Assembly (NCBI GenBank): GCA_039588295.1
Contig: JBDHAB010000001.1
Coordinates: forward strand, 256,001 to 320,000
Direction of reading: 5' to 3'
Length of the DNA stretch: 64,000 nucleotides
Source: Gemmatimonadota bacterium
GTDB lineage: Bacteria; Gemmatimonadota; Gemmatimonadetes; Gemmatimonadales; GWC2-71-9
Below are positions 38,361 through 47,516 of this stretch, piece by piece; the stretch's first letter is position 1, and every line of letters begins with the position of its first letter. The notes below the pieces were generated by a model. The model was not told the origin of the DNA, did not search any database, and saw only the letters and a list, made by a program, of their open reading frames with translations. Position numbers and translations under genes: made by a program.

Positions 38361-39749
38361 TTATTCGGTGGGTACGAAACGCGGGATGTCCAGAGTGATC
38401 CGCAAGCCGCCGAGCGGACTCTGGTCAGCATGGATTCGGCCGCCGTGTGCGTGCACGATGGCGGCGGTGATGGTGAGTCCCAGACCCGCGGCGCCGGTGC
38501 GCGCCCTTGCTACGTCACTGCGGTAGAAGTGCTCGAACAGACGTGAAAGTCGCTCGGGCGGCATGCCCGGGCCGGAATCGTCGATGGAGATCGTCACGGT
38601 TCGGAGGCTCGCGGTGACCGCAGCCCGCACGCGCGTGCCGGGGGGAGTATGCTCGATCGAGTTGTCCAAGAGTTGATCCACGGCGACGTTGAGCATTGCG
38701 GGATCGACGAAGGCGCTGGTTTCTTGAGGCGAGCGCTCGAAGTCAACGGTGCGTCCCGCTCCTCGTGTCCGTGCCTTTTGTACCGCGCGCTCCATGATCG
38801 TGCCGACATCCGATTCCATGCGCGACAAGGTCAGTTCGCCCGCCTCGAGACGTGCAAGAAGCGTGAGCGACTCACTAATAGACGTGAGGTGATCGACCTC
38901 CTCTAGGACGCTGCCGAGGATGGCCCGGTATTCCTCGGAGCGGCGGTCCCCCCGCAACGCGATCTCCAATTCCCCTCGCATTGCAGTAAGGGGAGTGCGC
39001 AGGTCGTGACCGGCGTCGGCGATCATGCGGCGTTGCGCCTCGAAGGCACGTTCGAGTCGGCCGAACACCGTGTTGAGGACCTCGATCAGGCCGGCAAACT
39101 CTTCGACATCTGCGTGCGCCGTAATCCGCTGGCCCGCGCCTGGCTGAATCGATTGTGCCTGCTCGGTAATCTCGAGCACCGGTCTGACGGTAGTTGTCGC
39201 GAGCCAGCCTGCGCCGATCGCCGTCGCGACGGTGCCGAGCAGCACCGTGCCCAGCATGAGGAATAGCACCTCACGGGTACTCGCCTGCAAGGGTCGGAGC
39301 GACGCCGCAACCTGCGTGACGACATGTTGGGATCGGCTGCCGGCCGGCGTGGGCGCGTAGTACGAACGCAGCGTCCCGCGCGCCCACTCCTGCGTCGCCC
39401 ACACAGTGTCACCGGTGAGTGCGTGTTCGAAGGCGTCCCGTGCCAACGGGAGCTCCGCCGCCAGCCCCGTGTTCGATTCGATGATGTCACCGTTCTCGTC
39501 CCGTATGGCTACGAATCGGTTCACGCGTTGGATGAACCGATCCACGTCCGCCGAGCCAGGGTGAATGGCGATCGGCAGCCGGGATGCGAGCACCGCGGCC
39601 TCGAGTTGCGCGGATGCCGCCAGGTTCCGGTCGAGGGCCTCCCGCAGAATCCGCCGTGTGCCATGATAGGCCCACAGCGCAATCAGGAGGAGAGCAACGA
39701 AGATGGTGAGGGAGAACCGCACGGCAACCGTGCGGCGGAGAGCATACAT
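38361..39749 (-). CDS. Sensor histidine kinase (CusS/CzcS-like, 2TM-HAMP-HisKA-HATPase)
   Basis: ADAGHDLRTPL, DSGPG, FYRSD, GLGL. Coupled to the upstream regulator (TGATG). Confidence 0.93.
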   Translation of the reverse strand: MYALRRTVAVRFSLTIFVALLLIALWAYHGTRRILREALDRNLAASAQLEAAVLASRLPIAIHPGSADVDRFIQRVNRFVAIRDENGDIIESNTGLAAELPLARDAFEHALTGDTVWATQEWARGTLRSYYAPTPAGSRSQHVVTQVAASLRPLQASTREVLFLMLGTVLLGTVATAIGAGWLATTTVRPVLEITEQAQSIQPGAGQRITAHADVEEFAGLIEVLNTVFGRLERAFEAQRRMIADAGHDLRTPLTAMRGELEIALRGDRRSEEYRAILGSVLEEVDHLTSISESLTLLARLEAGELTLSRMESDVGTIMERAVQKARTRGAGRTVDFERSPQETSAFVDPAMLNVAVDQLLDNSIEHTPPGTRVRAAVTASLRTVTISIDDSGPGMPPERLSRLFEHFYRSDVARARTGAAGLGLTITAAIVHAHGGRIHADQSPLGGLRITLDIPRFVPTE

Positions 39750-40435
39750 CAGCCTTGGGTGTTGTTTGTCTTCTTCAAGCAGAACCCGACGCCGCGGACT
39801 GTTTGAATCAGTCCATCGTAGCCCACCTCACGGAGCTTACGCCGCAGATTGCCGACATGGACATCGACGACGTTGCTTTCGGGATCGAAGTGCATATCCC
39901 ACACCTTCTCCAGCAACTCCGTTCTCCGCACCACGTCCTCGGGATGGAGCATGAAGTGCTCGAGAAGCTGGAACTCACGTGGAGTGAGGTCGAGGGTGTG
40001 TTCCCCGACCCAAGCCTTGTGCTTCAGTCGGTCGAGTTCGAGCGGCCCATAGTTGAGGCGATCGAGCCTTGCCGCGCCGCCCCGACGCACGAGGGCGCGG
40101 AGCCGCGCGAGCATTTCATCGAACTTGAACGGCTTCGTGAGATAGTCATCTGCGCCGGCGTCGAGGCCGCGAACAACGTCCTCGGTGGCGTCGCGCGCCG
40201 TCAGCATGAGAATAGGCGTGTTGCGCCCTTCCCGTCGAAGCTCTGAGGCCACCTGGAGGCCGTTCTTCTTCGGCAGCATCAAGTCCAGGACGATCGCGTC
40301 ATAATCGTTGATGTGTGCGAAGACGGTTGCCTCCTCACCGTCCTTGGCGACATCGACGGCGTAGCCTTCTTCACGAAGGCCCATCTCTATGAATCCAGCA
40401 ACCTTACGGTCGTCCTCGACTACGAGAATGCGCAT
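39749..40435 (-). CDS. OmpR-family response regulator (CusR-like)
   Basis: MRILVVEDD, LDLMLP, GADDYLTKPF, SNVVDVHV, TVRGVGF. Confidence 0.95.
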   Translation of the reverse strand: MRILVVEDDRKVAGFIEMGLREEGYAVDVAKDGEEATVFAHINDYDAIVLDLMLPKKNGLQVASELRREGRNTPILMLTARDATEDVVRGLDAGADDYLTKPFKFDEMLARLRALVRRGGAARLDRLNYGPLELDRLKHKAWVGEHTLDLTPREFQLLEHFMLHPEDVVRRTELLEKVWDMHFDPESNVVDVHVGNLRRKLREVGYDGLIQTVRGVGFCLKKTNNTQG

Positions 40436-40493
40436 GAAGGGAACCGTAGCCGGGCACGGGTAAGTGGGTGCTGAAGCGACTGTGAACCGGTCT

Positions 40494-41741
40494 TTATGAT
40501 GGCTCCATGCGTCGCGGCACCTGCAGAGAGAAGCGGGCTCCGTGCCCGAGCTGACTCTCGACCCGGAGATCGCCGCCCAAGAGGCGCGCAAGCTTGCGTG
40601 AGAGTGCGAGCCCCAGTCCGGTGCCGCGTTCGGTGTGCTTGCCGGCGCGTTCGAAGGCCTCGAAGATGACCACTTGCTGCTCGGGCGCAATGCCTTCGCC
40701 ATGGTCGACGACGTCGAAGCGCAGTGTGTCGTCCGTCGCGTGGAGCTCGACGCGAATGGCCTGGTCCTGAGGGCTATGTCGTACCGCGTTCGTGAGCAGG
40801 TTGATCAGTATCTGACGGATCCGCTGCGGATCGGTATGGCACTCGACGACCCCGTCCGGGCCAGTCAGCGCGACACCGACGCCGCGCCGCTCGGCCGCGG
40901 GCTCGACCGTCGACACCGCCTCTCGCACGACGTCCCACGCGTCTGCCTTCTCGACAGCGGGCTCGAGTTTGTCCGCATCGATGCGGCTGAGATCGAGCAG
41001 GTCCTCAAGGAGGTTCAGCGCTCGTTCCGCGGACTCCTGCACTTCCAGTGCCGCTCTGGGCGTACTGGGGCTCGTCTTTCGTATCCAGAGCTCGGTCCAT
41101 CCGTGGACCGCCGTGAGCGCGTTGCGCAACTCGTGGTTCGTCATGGCGAAGAAGCGCTCGCGTGAGTCGTGCATCTGCCGAAGTTCGCGGACGAGCCCCT
41201 CGCGTTCCTCGTAGTGTCGGGCGTTTTCGAGGGCCACGGCAGCGTGAGCCGCCAACATCACCGCGAAGGCCTCGTCCTCGGCGGTAAACTCGGGTGCACC
41301 GATCTTCTCCGTCAGGTAGAGGTTCCCGATCGGACCCGTGCGCCCCCATATGGGCACGCCGAGGAACGACTTCATGGGTGTGTGGTGGGGTGGGAACCCC
41401 AACGCCTTCGCATGTTTCCGCAAATCCTTCAGTCGAATGGGCTTTGGGTCGGTTATCAGCAGGCCCAAGAGGCCCTTGCCGGTGGGGGGATGGCCGACCT
41501 GTGCCTCGCTCGCCTGGTTCGTCCCGCTCGTGAGGAACCGTTCGAGCCCGGTCCCCTCCCGGTTGACGACGCCAAGCGCTGCGTAGCGGGCCTCGATCAC
41601 CGCGCGCGCCGACTCCACCACCTCTCGCAGCACTCCGTCCAGATCGAGCGCGGACGTGATGCGGATCGCGGCTTGACTGAGACGTTCCGCGCGCTGCCAC
41701 ACGGTGTGACTACCACGTGAATCGGGAGACATACTGTCCAC
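40494..41741 (-). CDS. Cytoplasmic GAF-domain histidine kinase (DosS/DevS-type GAF)
   Basis: ARYAALGV, GHPPTGKGLLG, GFPPHHTPMKSFLGVP, NLYLTEK; NHELRN, NAVRHS, GTGLGL. Confidence 0.9.
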   Translation of the reverse strand: MDSMSPDSRGSHTVWQRAERLSQAAIRITSALDLDGVLREVVESARAVIEARYAALGVVNREGTGLERFLTSGTNQASEAQVGHPPTGKGLLGLLITDPKPIRLKDLRKHAKALGFPPHHTPMKSFLGVPIWGRTGPIGNLYLTEKIGAPEFTAEDEAFAVMLAAHAAVALENARHYEEREGLVRELRQMHDSRERFFAMTNHELRNALTAVHGWTELWIRKTSPSTPRAALEVQESAERALNLLEDLLDLSRIDADKLEPAVEKADAWDVVREAVSTVEPAAERRGVGVALTGPDGVVECHTDPQRIRQILINLLTNAVRHSPQDQAIRVELHATDDTLRFDVVDHGEGIAPEQQVVIFEAFERAGKHTERGTGLGLALSRKLARLLGGDLRVESQLGHGARFSLQVPRRMEPS

Positions 41742-41839
41742 AAGCTAAACCGGCTCGTGACGTCGGTGCCAGTGTGTAAGGGCTGTCGCGCACTCCTGCC
41801 CGGCGGTAATCTCTGTGCAACCGGAACGGGTGCTCTTCT

Positions 41840-42571
41840 GTGGATCCTACGTTCGTCGTCCTGATCTATTCAGTGGGCGCAGCCAGCGTTAGCGGCCTCG
41901 GGGCGGTCCCGCTGATGGTCCGAGCTCGGCTGCCACTCTCGTGGATCGGGTGGTCGAACGCGCTCGCGGCCGGACTCATGCTGGGAGCCGCCTACGCGCT
42001 GATGGTCATGGGGCTCGAGCGAGTCACCGGGGCCGAAATGCTCGGTGCGTTGATCGGGATCGGTTTTGTGTATTGGACGCACGCAGTCTCAGGCACGGCC
42101 GATCTCGACTTGAACCGCCTCGAGGAGACGAGCCCGGTCTACGGGTACAAGGTGCTGCTCAGCGACACGCTCCACGCGTCCGCCGAAGGCGTGGCCATCG
42201 GCGTCGCGATGACGGTGAGCCTGCCGTTCGGAGCGTTCATGGCGCTCGCGATCGCGGTCCATAACATTCCCGAGGCGACGGTGCTTGCGGCGATCCTCAC
42301 GAGTCGCGGTGTCCGGCTGCGTGACGCGGCGGGGCTCGCCGTTGCCGCCAACGTGAGTCAAGTTCTGCTGGCGATCGTGAGCTTCGCACTCATCACCGCC
42401 GCGCCCGCATTGCTCCCATGGGGACTCGGCTTTGCGGTCGGATCCTTGGTCTATCTCGTGATGGTCGAGCTGCTTCCCGAATGTTACCGACAGGCGGGAC
42501 ACACGAGCATCGCATTGGTGACCATCGTTGCGATGGGGATTCTGGTGCTGCTGGTTGGCGGCGGGATGTAG
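41840..42571 (+). CDS. ZIP-family (ZupT/GufA-like) metal transporter, copy 1
   Basis: AAGLML, LHASAEG, HNIPEA, VELLPE; about 8 TM. Confidence 0.88.
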   Translation: MDPTFVVLIYSVGAASVSGLGAVPLMVRARLPLSWIGWSNALAAGLMLGAAYALMVMGLERVTGAEMLGALIGIGFVYWTHAVSGTADLDLNRLEETSPVYGYKVLLSDTLHASAEGVAIGVAMTVSLPFGAFMALAIAVHNIPEATVLAAILTSRGVRLRDAAGLAVAANVSQVLLAIVSFALITAAPALLPWGLGFAVGSLVYLVMVELLPECYRQAGHTSIALVTIVAMGILVLLVGGGM

Positions 42572-42583
42572 GTGAGGTAACAC

Positions 42584-43312
42584 ATGAACCAGGTCTTCGT
42601 TGTGTTCCTCTATGGCCTCGCGACGGCTCTCGCGACTGGACTGGGAGCAGTGCCGTTCGCCTTCGCGCGACGGGTCTCGCCGAGCGCCATTGCGTACGCC
42701 AATGCGGTCGCCTCCGGCCTGATGCTCGGCGCGAGTTTCGGGCTCGTGGCCGAAGGGACGGACTACGGGAGTTGGCAGACTGTGCTCGGCGCATTGTCGG
42801 GTGTGGCGTTCATCCGGCTCACCCAAGTACTCCTGCGGCGACACGACCTTGAGTTTGGCAAGGTCCGCGGCGGGGGTGCGCGGCAGATGCTGTTGATGCT
42901 GATCGTCATGACCGTGCACTCGTTTGCCGAAGGGGTCGCCGTCGGCGTGTCCTTCGGCGGCGGCATGACGCTCGCCTTCGTGATCGTGGTCGCCATCGCC
43001 GTCCACAACATTCCTGAAGGGCTCGCCATCAGTGCCGTGTTGCGTCCCCGTGGCATGTCGGTGGCGGCCTGTGCCGGCTGGAGCATCATGTCCTCGCTCC
43101 CGCAGCCGATCATGGCGGTGCCGGCCTTCCTCCTCGTTGACGCCTTCACCCGCGTGCTTCCGTACGGCATTGGGTTCGCCGCCGGCGCGATGGTCTTCTT
43201 GGTACTCGAAGAGCTATTGCCGGAGGCGTTCGATCGGGCGCGACGTCCCCACGTCGCCCTGGTGGTGAGTCTCACGCTCGTCGGCATGATGGTGTTCCAA
43301 CGCTTCCTGTGA
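42584..43312 (+). CDS. ZIP-family (ZupT/GufA-like) metal transporter, copy 2
   Basis: ASGLML, VHSFAEG, HNIPEG, SSLPQP, FAAGAM, ELLPEA. Confidence 0.92.
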   Translation: MNQVFVVFLYGLATALATGLGAVPFAFARRVSPSAIAYANAVASGLMLGASFGLVAEGTDYGSWQTVLGALSGVAFIRLTQVLLRRHDLEFGKVRGGGARQMLLMLIVMTVHSFAEGVAVGVSFGGGMTLAFVIVVAIAVHNIPEGLAISAVLRPRGMSVAACAGWSIMSSLPQPIMAVPAFLLVDAFTRVLPYGIGFAAGAMVFLVLEELLPEAFDRARRPHVALVVSLTLVGMMVFQRFL

Positions 43313-43353
43313 CGCGTGGCGGCGTCGCACCCAATGCCGAGAGTGAGAGACAG

Positions 43354-43385
43354 ACGGCGGGAGCACATGGATGCGCTCCCGCCGT
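43354..43385. terminator. Hairpin between convergent ZIP and cbaA genes
   Basis: Perfect 11-bp stem ACGGCGGGAGC/GCTCCCGCCGT. Confidence 0.55.
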
Positions 43386-43415
43386 GGCTATCCGAGCCGT
43401 GTCACGCGGTTGCCG

Positions 43416-45038
43416 TCAGAACGGCCGGAACCCTGGAGACCCGAACGTCTCCATGGCGAGATGGCTGCTGAGTGGGTAGGCGTATGCGATAACGACGAGC
43501 ACGACTGCCACGACGACCCACACCCACATCCGATCGAAGACACCGAGACGCTGCGGGTTCCCGGCGACCGGCACTGCAAACTCCAGTGCCGGCTGCTCAC
43601 GACGTTGGCCGGCGAGGACAGTGCCCAGCATCACGAGCAGGAAGAAGGACGCACTGATGAAGAGGAGAATGCCTCCGAGTGCAGAGACTAGTGTGAGGCT
43701 TGACCACTGTGCGGCGATCTCGCTGCCACCATACCCTGTCTCGAACACACGCCGCGGCATGCCCATGAGTCCGGTGATGTGGTTCGAAATGGAGAACAGC
43801 AGCATCCCGAGGAACCACAAGTAGGGCTGCACTCTAGCGAGCAGTCCCAACTCGAGTTCTCGGCCCGTCAGTTTCGGCACGAGCCAGTAGGAAGCGCCCA
43901 TGAACGTGAGTGCCGTTGCGGTGCCAACCGTCAAGTGAAAGTGGCCCTGGATCCACGCGGTGTTGTGCACCATCGAGTTCATGCCGAAGGCGGCGTTGAT
44001 GGATCCTCCGAATCCGCCGATGGCGAAGAGCAACATGCTCAGTAACACAGACGCCACCAATGGGTCGCCCCACGGGAGCTTCCCCAACCAGTCGAACAGG
44101 CCGCGCGCGCCCTTCATCCGGCCGGCCACCTCGAGCGACGCGGTCACTGTGAACGCGGTGACGAAGCTGGGAAACAGAATGCCGAAGGTCGTCAGGGTGT
44201 GCACCATCTTCCAGCCCGAACTGATGCCTGGGTCCATGAACTGGTGATGGAATCCGACGGGTGCCGAGAGGATGATGAACAGCGCGAAGACCATTCGAGC
44301 GAGCGGATCACTGAAGAGGCGCCCGCCGGCCACGCGTGGCACGACCGCGTACCAAATCACGTAGGCCGGGATGAGCCAGAAGTACACCAGCGGGTGCCCG
44401 AAGTACCAGAACAGCATTCGGGCGAGCAGTGGATCGACGGTCTCTTTCAGTCCAAGTGACCACGGCACGAGTTGGAACAGCATCTCCACAGCGACGCCGA
44501 CAGTGGCGAGGAGCCACACGATGATCGTGGTCATGATGCCGTAGACCGCGAGGGGTACCGGCTGTCCGGGATTGTCCCGCCGCCACCCCAAGTACGTGGC
44601 GATCGTCACCGCGCTCCAAATCCAGGATCCCACGACCACCAGCGTGAGCCCGATGTAGAATGCCGGATGGGCCTGCATGGGAGGGTAGAACGTGTACAAC
44701 ACGCTGGCCTTCCCCCAAAGAATGGCCCAGCCGGCGGCGAGCGTTCCGATGACCGCGACCCAGAACCCAACCCAGGCGAGTCCGGCGCCCTTGAGCGGTC
44801 GGCCCAGCGCCCGGGTCGTGAGCGCCACGCCCAATCCCATGATGAAGAAGGTCGTGAAGATCAGGGCCATCAGCACGCCATGACCGGTGACCGAGAGGTA
44901 GTACATGCTGGCGGTGCGCCCCGGCAGATCGAGGGCTGCGCGTGACAGCGCCTGCATGAATGCCATGAACGTCGCGATGCCGAAGGCACCCACCGCGACG
45001 CCAATGTTGGCCGTAGCGAGGCGTCGATTGTACATCAT
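43416..45038 (-). CDS. cbaA: B-family (ba3-type) heme-copper oxidase subunit I
   Basis: HGVLMA, LYTFYPP, FWYFGHPLVYFW, GFHHQF, HNTAWIQGHFH, GMPRR. Confidence 0.95.
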   Translation of the reverse strand: MMYNRRLATANIGVAVGAFGIATFMAFMQALSRAALDLPGRTASMYYLSVTGHGVLMALIFTTFFIMGLGVALTTRALGRPLKGAGLAWVGFWVAVIGTLAAGWAILWGKASVLYTFYPPMQAHPAFYIGLTLVVVGSWIWSAVTIATYLGWRRDNPGQPVPLAVYGIMTTIIVWLLATVGVAVEMLFQLVPWSLGLKETVDPLLARMLFWYFGHPLVYFWLIPAYVIWYAVVPRVAGGRLFSDPLARMVFALFIILSAPVGFHHQFMDPGISSGWKMVHTLTTFGILFPSFVTAFTVTASLEVAGRMKGARGLFDWLGKLPWGDPLVASVLLSMLLFAIGGFGGSINAAFGMNSMVHNTAWIQGHFHLTVGTATALTFMGASYWLVPKLTGRELELGLLARVQPYLWFLGMLLFSISNHITGLMGMPRRVFETGYGGSEIAAQWSSLTLVSALGGILLFISASFFLLVMLGTVLAGQRREQPALEFAVPVAGNPQRLGVFDRMWVWVVVAVVLVVIAYAYPLSSHLAMETFGSPGFRPF

Positions 45039-45511
45039 GAACCCTCCTCGACGATCAACTTCGCGGCCATGTTGTGATGCCCCGTGCCACAGTACTCGTT
45101 GCACACGATCAGATATTCACCCGGTGTGTCGAACGTCGTGGTGAGTTGGCTGACGTAGCCGGGGATGACCATGGTGTTCACGTTCGTCCCGACGATTTGG
45201 AACCCATGGACGATGTCGGGACTCGTCATGCGGAACGTGACGGGTCTCCCTGCGGGAACCCGGATCTCGCCGGGTTGAAAGACCCAAATCTGGGCGACCA
45301 GCGTCACCTCGACACTGCCGTCCGGATTGACCTTCACGCCGCGGTCGGCGAAGCGGGCGTCAGCGAACACCGTTCGCGGGTCAATGGTCTCGACGTGGCT
45401 CGGCGGCACACGTCCTTGCGAGACCGTGGCGAACCCGATGGCACCGAGAAACAGCACGATAATCGCGCCGGCGGCCCACATCCAGATTTTCTCATAGAGA
45501 TCGATGTGCAT
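45035..45511 (-). CDS. cbaB: ba3-type oxidase subunit II (CuA)
   Basis: One TM helix, DIVHGF, CNEYCGTGHHNM. Confidence 0.95.
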   Translation of the reverse strand: MHIDLYEKIWMWAAGAIIVLFLGAIGFATVSQGRVPPSHVETIDPRTVFADARFADRGVKVNPDGSVEVTLVAQIWVFQPGEIRVPAGRPVTFRMTSPDIVHGFQIVGTNVNTMVIPGYVSQLTTTFDTPGEYLIVCNEYCGTGHHNMAAKLIVEEGS

Positions 45512-45517
45512 GACGTC

Positions 45518-45658
45518 CTACCTCGTCACGACGCCGCGGGGCAGATACACGAAGAGAAAGATCGCGAGCCAGCCGACGGCAAACAGCAAGCCGTAGAGTC
45601 CGACCAGCGCCAGGGTTCCGCGCGGGTGCTTCCCGAGGTCCGGGGGTTGGTCACTCAT
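45518..45658 (-). CDS. ba3-type oxidase subunit IIa (46 aa; absent from the ORF track)
   Basis: Hand translation MSDQPPDLGKHPRGTLALVGLYGLLFAVGWLAIFLFVYLPRGVVTR; AAGGAG SD; single TM directly upstream of subunit II. Confidence 0.85.
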   Translation of the reverse strand: MSDQPPDLGKHPRGTLALVGLYGLLFAVGWLAIFLFVYLPRGVVTR

Positions 45659-45696
45659 GCAGCTCTCCTTGTCAGAACAGGGGACTACCGAATGGG

Positions 45697-46098
45697 TTAG
45701 ATCCTGCCCTCAGCGACGGCGCGCACGATATCGCTTTGCGCGACGACGCCAAGAAGCTCGTCGGCCGAAACGACAAACAGGCGGTGCACGTCTAGCTCGA
45801 GCATCTGTTTGGCAGCCAAGCGCACATCTGCGTCCGGTCCGATGGTTTTCGGGGGCGTGGTCATGATGTCACGCACCGTGGTATCCTCGAAGAATTCTTC
45901 GCCGTCACCGGAGCTCGATCGTTCGGCGGTCGCCTGCACGATGTCGCTGGAGGACAGCACGCCGACCAGCCGCCCGCGGCGATCGACCACCGGTACGGCG
46001 TGCACGTGGGCATCGGCCAACTGCATCACTGCCTCTTGGACCAAGACGTCTTGGTGAACGACCGTGAGATCGGTGATCATCAATGATGCAACGTTCAT
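45697..46098 (-). CDS. CBS-pair domain protein
   Basis: VASLM, VPVVD..GRLVGVLS..DI, VRDIMT, VHRLFVV. Confidence 0.92.
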   Translation of the reverse strand: MNVASLMITDLTVVHQDVLVQEAVMQLADAHVHAVPVVDRRGRLVGVLSSSDIVQATAERSSSGDGEEFFEDTTVRDIMTTPPKTIGPDADVRLAAKQMLELDVHRLFVVSADELLGVVAQSDIVRAVAEGRI

Positions 46099-46198
46099 GG
46101 CGTCTCGCCCTCTTGGCGTCCCAGCAGCGCGTGGTGCTGGCGGGGTATGCTACGGAAACGCGCCGCCGACGCAAGTCCTTGGCGCATCGTTGCGTGAG

Positions 46199-47071
46199 TC
46201 AACGATTCTGGCCCGCCCCCCGGACGGGAACGACCAGCACGGATGTCGGCAGCCGGTTCAGGAGCCGTTCCGTCGTGCTACCGAGCAGCACGCGATCCAC
46301 CCAGCCCTTGCCGTGCGAACCCACGATGACGAGGTCTGCCTTCCATTCGGCGGCTTCGTCGGCTATAGAGCGGGCCGGAGCACCGACCCGAACCACCCTG
46401 TCGAGTTGGCGGCCGGGTGCTGCCGCGTCCAGCAGCTCGTTGGTGCTCGCCTCGGCCAGTCGGATGTGCTCCTCTTCGTTGAGCTGTACGCCTACGTCCG
46501 GGACGGAGGGAAGCGGCTCGACCACGTGAAGGACTCGCAGCGTTGCCGCGAACGCGTTGCTGAACCGCTGCGCCGCGTGGAGTGCCAGCGCGGCGGCATC
46601 TGACTGGTCCACCGCAACCAGCACGCGGTGGAACGTCGTCATCGGTGCTGTGACCACGAGGAGCGGGACATCGATCGTTCGCACCGCGTTGTGGACCGTG
46701 CTCCCACCGAACCATCGGACGGGTGCGGCGTGGTGCTTGCCGCCCAGAACAAGCAACTCGGCTCGGTGTTGGGTGACCGCTTGGGCCAGCATCCACGTCG
46801 GGTTGCCGACGCGGACCTCGAGGCGCTCGAGCGCCTCCGGCTGCACGCGGTTGCGGAGGTACTCCTCGACCGCTCCACGAGCCGCCGCGGTCCACCCCTC
46901 GGCCAGCCGTTCGCGATCTCGTGTGGGAAGATGAGGTGCGGTGGGCTCCTTGGCCACGTGGACCAGGTGGCAGGGCGCACTGGTGGCCTGGGCCACAGCG
47001 AGGCCGGCAGCGGCCGCCTGCACTCCCTCGGGCGAAGGATCGACGCCGACCACGACCGGTCGCCAAGTCAT
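46199..47071 (-). CDS. Tandem universal stress protein
   Basis: VVVGVD, LLVLG...FGGSTV, VLVAVD, IVGSHG...LLGSTTERL. Confidence 0.93.
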   Translation of the reverse strand: MTWRPVVVGVDPSPEGVQAAAAGLAVAQATSAPCHLVHVAKEPTAPHLPTRDRERLAEGWTAAARGAVEEYLRNRVQPEALERLEVRVGNPTWMLAQAVTQHRAELLVLGGKHHAAPVRWFGGSTVHNAVRTIDVPLLVVTAPMTTFHRVLVAVDQSDAAALALHAAQRFSNAFAATLRVLHVVEPLPSVPDVGVQLNEEEHIRLAEASTNELLDAAAPGRQLDRVVRVGAPARSIADEAAEWKADLVIVGSHGKGWVDRVLLGSTTERLLNRLPTSVLVVPVRGAGQNR

Positions 47072-47143
47072 GATGGCCGGCCCCGGCCCGAAGGCCGCGT
47101 GTGAGAGAGATCAGAATTGCGTGACACGGTTGGCGCCCAGGCG

Positions 47144-47173
47144 AGTGTAGCCGTCACTCCTGCGCCCCGTCAA
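47144..47173 (-). promoter_or_regulatory. sigma70 promoter for usp-CBS-ba3 genes
   Basis: Minus strand TTGACG, 18 bp spacer, TACACT, about 70 nt upstream of the usp ATG. Confidence 0.6.
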
Positions 47174-47253
47174 GCCGTGCCTCCAGGAGGCGGTGAAGCC
47201 GGATTCAGCCCAATTTCACTCCAACTTCATAGCGTATTCGCTAGGCTGGGGCC

Positions 47254-47503
47254 GTCATCCTTCTTGGGTGGCCACTGCGGGAATGCCCTTTGAGGGAAGG
47301 GCCGGCGTTCGCGGCGCCGCTAAGGTTCGAGGGGGTTTTGGCATCGGCCGCAGGCAAGACGAACGGGATCGTTGCGCATGTAATCCGATGCATTGAGACC
47401 GGCAAAGCCCTGTGTCACCGCCCGGTCTATGGCGCATGAACCGAACCTTGGAGGGAAATCCCTCACCCCCGGTGCACGGGAGGGCACCGGGGGTTTCTTT
47501 TTT
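47254..47503 (+). ncRNA. Putative structured non-coding RNA, family not recognised
   Basis: Multiple nested stems ending in a plus-strand intrinsic terminator, although both neighbouring genes are on the minus strand. Confidence 0.55.
47465..47503 (+). terminator. Rho-independent terminator
   Basis: ACCCCCGGTGC/GCACCGGGGGT stem followed by TTTCTTTTTT. Confidence 0.85.
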
Positions 47504-47516
47504 GCCCGGAGTTGGC

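Noticed and set aside
47100..47115. TGTGA-N6-TCAGA CRP/FNR-like site near the usp promoter
   Set aside because: Single imperfect match in a GA-repetitive context, with no cognate regulator in the window; too weak to call.
47271..47301. GCCACTG...GGGAAGG resembling part of a cobalamin riboswitch
   Set aside because: The other conserved elements (AGGGAA-CCGGTG, GCCCCCGCAACTGT, AGCCAG-AGACC) are missing and no plus-strand gene follows.
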